Positions 54,649 to 64,000 of a stretch of DNA of 64,000 bases are shown one piece after another. Position 1 is the stretch's first letter. Every line of letters starts with the position of its first letter. Under the pieces are notes generated by a model that saw nothing but the letters and a program-made list of their open reading frames with translations, was not told the origin of the DNA and ran no database searches. Source of the DNA: Octopus vulgaris (Eukaryota); contig OX597835.1 of the NCBI GenBank assembly GCA_951406725.2, positions 21,948,001 to 22,012,000 on the forward strand, given 5' to 3'. Position numbers and translations under genes: made by a program.

Positions 54649-55370
54649 CTGGAAAAGACAAAAATACAAAAAAAAAAAAAAAAAAAAAAGGACATTGAAA
54701 ATTTTTGCAGTGTGGTTAAGAGAACTGCTCAGCAACTATATGGTTGTAGGTTCAGTCTCAATGCACAGTACTTTGGGCAAGAGTCTTCTACAAGGGCTCT
54801 AGGCCGACCAATGCATCGGGTGTGGTTTTGGTAGATGGAAACTGTGTGGAATCCCTTTGTGTGTGTATATGTGAGTGTGCGCATGTGTATTTATTCTACA
54901 AGGGCTCTGGGCCGACCAATGCATCGGAAGTGGTTTTGGTAGATGGAAACTGTGTGGAATCCCTTTGTATGTGTATGTGAGTGTGCGCATGTGTATTTAT
55001 TTTTCCCACCAGTGTTGGTTTGTTTACATCTCCATAACTTAGTGGTCCATCTAAAGCAATGGACTCCTTTGATTTCTGTGATACTTAGGTGAGTCCACAT
55101 ACCTATTAAATGTTTTAAAAAATCCTATTATATTTTTATCCTCAAATATTATTAGGAATTGTATAAACAAAAATCGTTGGAATATTTTGTGTATTATAGG
55201 AGTACAACCAATTTACTGGAGATGAATTTTAACAAAAAAACCTTATATGGACCCCCGGTTGAGAACCATTGGTCTAAAGCAGAGGTTCTCAACCATTCTT
55301 TTTACCTAAGGACCCCTTTGATTACTATTTTATTCTGGTGGACCCTCTCCCATTGCCATTTGATATTTAA

Positions 55371-55589
55371 CCCTTTAGTGTTCAGATTATTCTATCAAAC
55401 ATAATGCTTATTGATTCCCATTGATTTGAATTAATCATGCATTATCTCATATCTTCAAGATCTTGATGGTGTAATTACTTAATGTAGAATAACATTGTAG
55501 GGTAGGTGTGAGAGCCTGGATCTGGTCAGTTTGAACATAAAACAGATTAACTATTTTGGCCGGATATGGCCGGTTTAAATACTAAAGGG
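55371..55589 (-). mobile_element. piggyBac-type MITE, second copy in reverse orientation
   Basis: Same TTAA TSD, CCCTTTAG TIRs and homologous interior. Confidence 0.8.
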
Positions 55590-56791
55590 TTAAAGACTAG
55601 TTTTATAGAAGCTCCTTTCAAGCACTGGGCCTCATGGAGGCAATGACTGAGACCTTTGGCATTATGTCGTCTTTGAGAAGAAGACCCATCAAGCCGAGCA
55701 AACTCAGTCGTGGCACATACTGGTGTCATGCAAATGGCACCCCCATGTCGGTGGCACATAAAAGCACCCATTGTACTCTCAGAGTGGTTGGCATTAGGAA
55801 GAGCATTAGGAAAATCATGCCAAATCAGACCTGGTCAAACCGTCCAACCCATCCCAGCAAGGACAACGGATGATGATGATGATGATGATGATGTACGTAT
55901 GTATGTATTTGTGTGTCTGTGTTTGTTCCCCCCATCATTGCTTGACAACTGATGTTGGTGTGTTAGTAGCCCTGTATATTAGCAGTTCAGCAAAGGAGAC
56001 CAATAGAATAAGTACCAGGCTTACCATGAATAAGACCTGGGTTCGATTTATTTGACTAAAGACGGAGCTCCAGCATGGCCAGTCAAATGACTGAAACAAG
56101 TAAAAGAAATTAGTATATCCTACCTACCTAGATTATATATAAATGTGTGTGTGTGTATCATCATCATCATTGCTTAACGTCTGTTTCCCATGCTGGTATG
56201 GGTTGGACAATTCGACCGGGGTCTGGGAAGCCAGGAGGCTGCACCAGGCCCCAATCTGATCTGGCAGTGCTTCTACAGCTGGATGCCCTTCCTAACACCA
56301 ACCACTCTGAGAGTGTAGGGGATGCTTTTTACGTGCCACCAGCACAGGGGCCAGAGGGGACTGGCATCGACCACATTTGGATGGTGCTTTTACATTCCAC
56401 TGGCACAGGAGCTAGTCAAGGCGGTGCTGGTATCAGCCACATTCGGATGGTGCTTTTTACGTGCCACTAGCACAGGAGCCAGTCAAGGCGGGTGTGTACA
56501 TACATATATATATATATATTCATACATACATACACACACACACACATGCCGTGCCAATGGCACATAAAAAGCACCAACCGATCATGGCTGTAGCCAGCCT
56601 GCCCTGGCACGTAAAAAGCACCCACTACACTCGCATGGAAAACGGACGTTAAACGAAGATGATGATGATGATGATGACACACACACATATATATGTATGC
56701 ATATGTGTATATATGTATATGAGTATGTATGTACATGTGTGTGTATATATATATATAGGGCCGTACAAAGGTATAGAAATGTTATCCTCAC

Positions 56792-56934
56792 CGTGGACTC
56801 TCCATGTTGGCTTCATCTGCTGTCGTAAACAAGAAATGTTCTGGTAGCAAAGAACGGCAGCATCCAAAGCATTGATGCCATTCCAGGGGGCGCTAGAGGC
56901 ATGGGATGCTTTGCCTGTGAACTGGATATTCAAC
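56792..56934 (-). CDS. PM20D2: PM20D2-like exon
   Basis: [47 protein letters not shown](G); AG/GT boundaries, phase 2 to 1. Confidence 0.93.
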
Positions 56935-57829
56935 CTAGCAAATGGAGAAGAGTCGGGAGGTTAGTACATGGACAGTGTGAATAACAGAGTCGGCAGAGCA
57001 TCGGACAAAAACTGAATCAACACCAGCATCCTTGCGAAACTTGTACCCTGGAAAAAAAATCCTTACTACTGCTACTGCTACGACTATTACCACCACCACC
57101 ATGATGATGATGACGATGGTGATGATGATGCTGAAAGAGATGATAATGAGGAGAAGGAAGAGCAGGAGGATGGTGATGGTGGTGATGATGGGGATGGTAA
57201 TGATCTTGGTGAGGATAAGGATGATGACGATGATGATGATGACAATGACGCCAATGATGACGACGATGACAATGATGATGAGGATGATGATGACGGTGAG
57301 GATTTTATTTCGAAATTTTGAAGAGAATTGTCAATTTAATCAATCGCAGTTCTCAATTACTCAACTGTTACTTACATATTCGACCCTGGAGGAATGAAAG
57401 GCCAAGTCAACTGCTGACAGGATTTGAACTCAGAACATGAAAGAAACATAACTAAACACTGTGAAACATTTTATTCTGAGTTCAAATTCCACCAAGGTTA
57501 CCTCTGTCTTTTGTCCTTTTGATAAATTAAACACCAGTTCATTTAAGAAAGGCAATGAGCTGGCAGAAGCATGAGCACATGGGGCAAGATGCTCAGTGGC
57601 ATTTCGTCTGGCTCTTTACATTCTGAGTTCAAACCCCACAGGAGCTAACTTTGCATGTCATCCTTTCAATAAAGTAGGTACCAATTCATTTAAGAAAGGG
57701 GTCGAGCTGGAAGAATTGTTAGCACACTGGGTGTGCTCAGCAGAATTTTAGCCATTTTTACACTGTGAGTTCAAATATTGCCACGTTTGATTTTGTCTTT
57801 CATCCTTTAGCGGCAGGGTTTGATGAAGC

Positions 57830-58410
57830 AAATAGAAAAGAGGAAACCAGACATAGTGTTAATTGAGAAAGAAAGCAAACGATGATGCATCATAGATACA
57901 GCATGCCCAGCTGATAACAAGGTATGTAATGAGGGAGAGAGAAAAGTCGATAGATATGACAGGTTAGCTTGGGAGGTTAAGCAGTTGGGATCGCTGAAAA
58001 AGGTGGTAGTAATACCAATAGAAAAGGAAACTAGACATAGTGTTAATTAAGAAAGAAAGCAAATGATGATGGATCATAGATATAGCATGCCCAGCTGACA
58101 ACAAGGTATGTGATGAGGGAGAGAGAAAAGTCGATAGATATGACAGGTTAGCTTGGGAGGTTAAGCAGTTGGGAGTCGCTGAAAAAGGTGGTAGTAGTAC
58201 CAATAATTGTCAGAGCCCTGGGAACAGTAAAAATCTTGAGAAGTACATGGAACAAATAGGGGCGGAGCACTTGCAGGAAACAGCACTGCTTGGAACTGCT
58301 CAAATATTCCAGATGGTTCTCAGAAAATAAGGGGTTACCTTAGTTCACTGGTAGTGAACAGCTGGCACCGTAGTACATCTCCAGCATTAGAAGCTGTGCA
58401 AAGACAAGGA
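57830..58410 (+). mobile_element. R4/Dong-like RLE LINE 3' fragment with ~185-bp internal tandem duplication, ending in (TAA)n
   Basis: RKPDIVLIEKE...IIDTACPAD...RYDRLAWEVKQL...VVVIPI (twice), then IIVRALGT...LQETALLGTAQI. Confidence 0.7.
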
Positions 58411-58453
<43 letters not shown>

Positions 58454-58928
58454 TTAATAATAATCCTTTCTACTGAAGACACAAGGCCTGAAATTTTGTT
58501 GGGAGAGGGATAGTCAATTACAGTGACTCCCAGTGTTTCACTGGTACTTAATTTATCAACCCCAAAAGGATGAAAGGCAAAGTCAACTTCAGTGGAATTT
58601 GAACACAGAACATAGCAATGATGATAATAATAATAATAATAATAATGGTTTCAAATTTTTGCCACAAGGGCAGCAATTTTGGGGGAAGGAATGAGTCAAT
58701 TACATTGACCCCAGTGTTACAACTGCTACTTATTTTATTGACCCCGGAAAGATGAAAGTGAAAGTTGACCTCGGCAGAATTTGAACTCAGAACATAGCGA
58801 TGGGTGAAATACCGCTAAGCATTTCGTCCAGTGTGCTAACGAGTCTGCCAAGTAGCAAAACCATAAACCCATACACACAAAACCTAAAATCAGTGACAAT
58901 AGAAAAACATAAAATTTGTTTTATTTAC

Positions 58929-59077
58929 CCTTGAAGACATAAATATTTGGGTCGCCAAATTGACTTGTTTGAAGGGTGGGCCATCATAGCAACATCAACA
59001 GTTTCTAAAGCTCCAGCATCAATTAACTTCACTTTACCACCAAGGCCTTCCTCAGCCGGTGTGCCAAGTACCGTGAG
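58929..59077 (-). CDS. PM20D2: Peptidase M20 domain-containing protein 2-like exon (first exon visible in window)
   Basis: LTVLGTPAEEGLGGKVKLIDAGALETVDVAMMAHPSNKSIWRPKYLCLQ(G); contains the M20 GTPAEEG and MxHP motifs; AG/GT boundaries, phase 0 to 2. Confidence 0.92.
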
Positions 59078-59103
59078 CTAAAATACAGAAACACAAAATA
59101 TAT

Positions 59104-59364
59104 ACATTATTTACATTCGATGGATATTTGTCCTCATCTTGTTTGTTGTTAGCACAATGTTTCGACTGATATACCCTCCAGCCTTCATCAGGTGTCTTGG
59201 GGAAATTTTGAACCTGGGTTCGCATTCCTAAGGTATTTTTCTGTTATTTTTATTATTATTATTATTATTCAGGTCACTGCTTGGAATTGAACTCAGAATC
59301 TTGGGATTAAGAGTGCGGGCTACTATCCCCAAGATTCCAATTTCAATTCCAATCAGTGACCTGA

Positions 59365-59426
<62 letters not shown>

Positions 59427-59456
59427 TATAATAATAATAATTATAATAATAATAAT

Positions 59457-59499
<43 letters not shown>

Positions 59500-60241
59500 G
59501 CCCTGATGCAGTACCAGGCAGTGGCTCTCATGGCTTCTGATCTTAACTGATTGGAAGTGTTATCATGTACATTGTTTTGTCTTGGTATAAAAGATGGGCT
59601 ACAGCAAATATTCTGCTCAATACCACAGATTTGCTTGTCAGTTGTTTAACCTTAACCAGTTGAGTATGTCCCTTAGTGGCTGACGATATGTGCATCTCTG
59701 ATCACGAGCAGAAGTAGTGGGGGAGCATCATAGCCATGTGTTGAGAAGGATTCTTTGGGGTTTGAATAATTCACCTCTGGAAACATGGGTGTTTTGTTCA
59801 ACGTCCTTAAACAACCCTTATTCAGGGACCTTTGAGCGGGATGGGTTACTCGATCTGAAGAAAATTCTAACTGGGCTCCACCTGCAAGGTCATGTGCTGT
59901 TTATCTTGATATGAGATCACCATGTCGCGCACATATGGTTGTGATGCATGTGCCTGGTGTACCCTTATCAGACGGGTAGTCATGATGGGTATACTGGGCT
60001 TCGTATATTTTACCCCAGTGTCACTTTGATGGCATGCTCTGCTCGCTCACTCAATAATAATAATAATAACAATAATAATAATAATAACAACAACAATAAC
60101 ATCGAAAAATACATTAGGAATGAGAACCCAGGTTTGAAATTTCCCCAAGGCATCTGATGAAGGCTGGAGGGTATATCAGCCGAAACGTTGTGTTAACGAC
60201 AAACAAGATGAGGACAAATATCTGTCAAATGTAAATAATGT
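59104..60241. mobile_element. Inverted pair of ~135-bp hammerhead-bearing repeats (59104-59241 -, 60103-60241 +) bracketing (AAT)n and an interspersed repeat
   Basis: The two segments are reverse complements; both contain CTGATGA-aggctg...cagyc-GAAAC. Confidence 0.6.
59499..60052. repeat. Interspersed repeat embedded in (AAT)n (other copies 41161-41605, 50840-51015)
   Basis: Near-identical blocks, e.g. cagcaaatattctgctcaataccacagatttgcttgtcagttg. Confidence 0.7.
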
Positions 60242-60417
60242 GAATAATGTAAATAATGTACATAATTCCTCATCTCTTAGATATAGAACTGCACAAAATA
60301 TATTCACAGATGAAATGTCTGAAATAAGTTGCTGTAAATAAGATTATAAGTTTGCACATTGTTAGCCTCATCTTCAGGGTGTATAATAGCACTACTTACA
60401 TCAACACCATGTGTCTA

Positions 60418-60802
60418 TCTCTCTATATATAAACGGCAGTTTGTCTGTGTGTGTTTCTGTGTGTCTGTCAGGTTGTACCCTCACCCTGACCACGGCTTTC
60501 AACCGATTCTGATGAAAGTTGACACACACATAGCCCAATGTCATAATTCAAAACTAACGCAGGGAAAATTTTGAAAAGTTCCCCCAGTTCTGAAAAAAAT
60601 CGATAAATTCGACATGGGGTCGACAATGAGAAACACAAACCACAAACTGTCTAGGGGACGCAACTCCACCTTTTTTAAATCTCAAAAAAAAATTTACCAT
60701 CATTTTTTTCCATTTTTTTGCTATTTTTTGGCTATAACTCTCTAAAAATGCTTTATAGTTATTTCCCTTACAAACCTGAGCAACGCCGGGCGATACTGCT
60801 AG
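60418..60802 (+). mobile_element. Non-autonomous Helitron with shared 3' end but different 5' body
   Basis: TC start; last ~120 bp, including hairpin and CTAG, match the other two copies. Confidence 0.72.
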
Positions 60803-61544
60803 TTGTGTATAAAATACTTACTTTGTACTTCACCTGGTGTGGATTGGGCCAGCTCCAACCATCCAACCAATGAGTTCCCCATGTCCCTCATGAATACTGA
60901 CCACATTCAACAAAAAAATCCAGCTTGCAAATTTGTCAAATGACCCCTGGGAGAGCAAGTACATCAGATAGTGTGGACACTGTAGCCGTAGTCATCCTTT
61001 GCTGTTGAAGTGTAGAGTTCATGGTCAGAGTTTCAGTGGAAATTGAAATTCACATGTGGCCGCCGGTTACATGCATACACACTTTGGTGAAGTGTGAGCC
61101 ATAGCAGCTCATCTTGCTTTCAATTGCTGACCATTGTAGAGGATTCGCTGACCAAGTTGCCGCCAATTATCAGAACTGACATAACCTGGGTTTCAAGCGG
61201 GTTCTAGAGACATGCTTTAACAAAAGCTAAGGGGTGCCTCACTCCCAGTGGTTGTCCAGCACACCAGACACCAACCCAGAATTTCTGAGGGACCATGCTT
61301 TAGCAAGATAGTCATTAAACCTACACTACGCTCATCATCATCATCATCATTTAACGTCTGTTTTCCATGCTGGTATGGGTTGAATGGTGTGACCAGAGCT
61401 GGCAAGCTGGGTATCTGTACCAGACTCCAATCTGATCTGGCAAGGTTTCTACAGCTGGATGCGCTTCCTAATGCCAACTGCTTTATAGAGTGTGCTGGGT
61501 GCTTCTACGTGTCACCGCACTGGTCAATCTGTCATCTGTCCTAA

Positions 61545-61985
61545 TATGTGTCAATATGTAGATGTTGTTTATATAATTAAGCAGAAGAACAGTAACCCAT
61601 AAAATTGTTAACCATCTTACAAACAATAACTCTGAGCACCTTTTCAAACTCCACCCGTCTAACACCCGTGGACATATTTACAACGTCAGAAAACAGCACA
61701 GCTCCCATGACTTTAGGAAACATTTTTTCCCGCTGAGAGTTGCTGAAGCATGGAACAAACTGCCAGCATCAGTTGTTAGTTGTCGGAGCACTGCATCCTT
61801 CAAAACTTCCATGCTTTCTGAGATTCGCCAACACTACACCTGATTTTCTCCCCTCCATACACACACAAGCATGTATCTGACTCATACATTGTTCGCTTTC
61901 CAAACATTTGTATATTACTGCATATACTTTATACGCACTTTCTGACAAGTTGTGGTGCACCTGAGCACTGTATACAATAATTTCA
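61545..61985 (+). mobile_element. CR1/L2-like LINE 3' end (reverse fragment of its tail near 49205-49340)
   Basis: TRGHIYNVRKQH...RKHFFPLRVAEAWNKLPASVV...SFK, a typical CR1-type C-terminus. Confidence 0.7.
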
Positions 61986-62782
61986 TTATAATTATATTAT
62001 ATTATAGTTGTTCTAAAGAGAGAGGTAGCTACCTGGAAAGTTCATATTCTAATATTGCATACAAAAGAAAGGAGAATCTAAGTAATCCTTCATAGGTTCT
62101 TCATAGATAGGTAGATATCCAGGGAGTTCATATTCTAACCTCCATAAATAAGTGAAAAGGGAATAAGAACAGTCCTTTACATCTATTTCTGGAGTCTGGC
62201 AATTAGTAAATGCAGTGTTTTATCTTGTATTTTTTTCTGTTTTTACAGTCATTAGACTGTGGCCATGCTGGGGCATGACCTTGAAGAATCTTAGTTGGAT
62301 GAAATGATTCCAGTGCTAATTTTTTTAAAGCCTGGTATTCATTATATTGACCTGTTTTTTGCCAAGTCACTAAGTTACGGGGATGTAAACACACCAACAC
62401 TGGTTGTCGTCGGTGGAGGGGACAAACACAAATACAAAGATACATGCACACACACACATAGATGAGTCTTCTTTCAGTTTCTGTCTACCACACACACACA
62501 GATGACAGTCTTCTTTCAGTTTCCATGTACCACACACACACACACACACGCATATATTATGGAGTCTCCTGTCTTTAAACGATGGGTGGTCAAGGATCTG
62601 CAACTTCTGGCTGAACAATCAGCACAAATGATTTGCTTATGATGGTCAAACCTATGTGCTGTACATCAGCTCACTCCCTTTAAATGCTGAGAGATCAATA
62701 CTCTTTTGGTACAGGCATAGATGTGTGATTAAGGAGTTCACAATGATTCAATTTCATGTCAATACAACTGTGCTACAATTAT

Positions 62783-63070
62783 CACAATCTCAGGTCCACT
62801 CGAATTTGGGTAAATGTTTTCCTACAATGACCTGAGATTGACCCAAACTTGGGCAGATGTCTTCCTACCACAGCCTCAGGTTGGCCTAAACTCGGGCATA
62901 AGTTTTCTCACCACAACTTCAAGTCGATCCAAACTTGGGCTAATGTCTCACAACCACGGTCTTAGGTCGACTCAAACTCAGGTAAATGTTTTCCCACTAC
63001 AACCTCAGGTTGCCTCAAACTTGGGCAAATGTCTTCTTACCACACACAGTCTCAGGTTGAGCTAAACTTT
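62783..63070 (+). repeat. Degenerate ~43-bp minisatellite (~7 units) inside a decayed SINE B
   Basis: Consensus-like accacaacctcaggttgacycaaacttgggcaaatgtyttc. Confidence 0.7.
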
Positions 63071-64000
63071 GAGTGAAACTGAGCAAATGGAAACTATGAA
63101 GAAGCCTGTTGGCTGGACTTTACCTGTTATTGTGTGATAACAGAGGAATATGGCTAAAAAGACTCCCTTCAGTCACAAATGACCATGGGATTGCACCTAG
63201 AAAGTTCCCCTCCAAGGTGCAAGTCCAGGCAAAGTTGTTTTGTGAAAGACCAGCAGTCACCCATGCATACCAGCCTCCCTTCTCCACATCACTGATGTTA
63301 TCCAAGGGAAAGGCAAAAGCTGATACAGCTTGGCACCAGTGATGCCACAACACATTTCTACAGCTGAGTGAACTGGAGCAACATGAAATATAAAGTCTTG
63401 CTCAAGACCACAACACACACAGTCCAGTCCAGGAATCAAACTCACAACCTCACTATTGTAAGCCCAACACTCAAACCAATGAGCCATGTGACTTCACTCA
63501 ACAGAGGAGTATGGCAGCACTGTATTATTATTATTATTATTAACTGCAGACTAGTTAAGAGGGTCACAGTAGCTCTGTATTATTAGCTACATGTTACTTA
63601 AGAGGGCTTTGGTAGCCTTGTATTAGATCCATCCCTCTTTTCTGCCCACTGTTCTTGGGAGGTTGTAGGGGCAGAGACCTCAGGCATCTCTTCCATTGGG
63701 TCCTCTCAGAAGCACCTCTTCCACTGGGTCCTCTTCCATTGGGTCCTCTCAGAAGCAACCTTCATTACACTTTCTGGCTGGATTACCAAGCATGACCAAT
63801 GGAAACTATTAATATTATCCAACCATCGGAAGGTGGCAAGGTGGCAGAATCGTTAGCACGCTGGATGAAATGCTTAGCAATATTTCACCTGTTGCTATGT
63901 TCTGAGTTCAAATCCTGCTGACATCATCTTTGCCTTTCTCTCTTATGGGATCGATAAATTAAGGACCAGTGAAACACTGGAGTCAATGTAATCAACTAGT

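Noticed and set aside
60822-61200. Possible upstream PM20D2 exon (GTAAGT donor on - near 60821)
   Set aside because: The required phase-0 translation shows no M20 similarity (no GHACGH or EYDAL motif); the N-terminal exons probably lie beyond the window.

Overview
AT-rich, microsatellite-saturated animal genomic DNA; the repeat content suggests an octopus or related cephalopod (inference). Two convergent, intron-rich host genes are partly contained. On +, the last three exons of a T-box transcription factor (Tbx15/18/22-like): 1171-1235, 27972-28036, 29717-30306, with matching splice phases. On -, the last five exons of a PM20D2/ACY1L2-type M20 peptidase (59077 to 47384). The rest is mostly mobile DNA: a Penelope-like element (RT thumb plus GIY-YIG), RTE, CR1-like and RLE-type LINE fragments, several tRNA-derived SINE families, non-autonomous Helitrons, piggyBac-type MITEs, and mariner/Tc1 and Gypsy remnants. 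The most striking signal is about 15 minimal type-I hammerhead-ribozyme-like cores (CTGANGA...GAAA...NTH). They occur in small elements mostly next to (TA)n, as monomers, fold-back palindromes and one ~557-nt tandem dimer. Several share a downstream motif with the 3' end of the Penelope element, suggesting a retrozyme-like system mobilised by it. Nearly all ORF-track entries are microsatellite artefacts. Repeat boundaries are read by eye and approximate.
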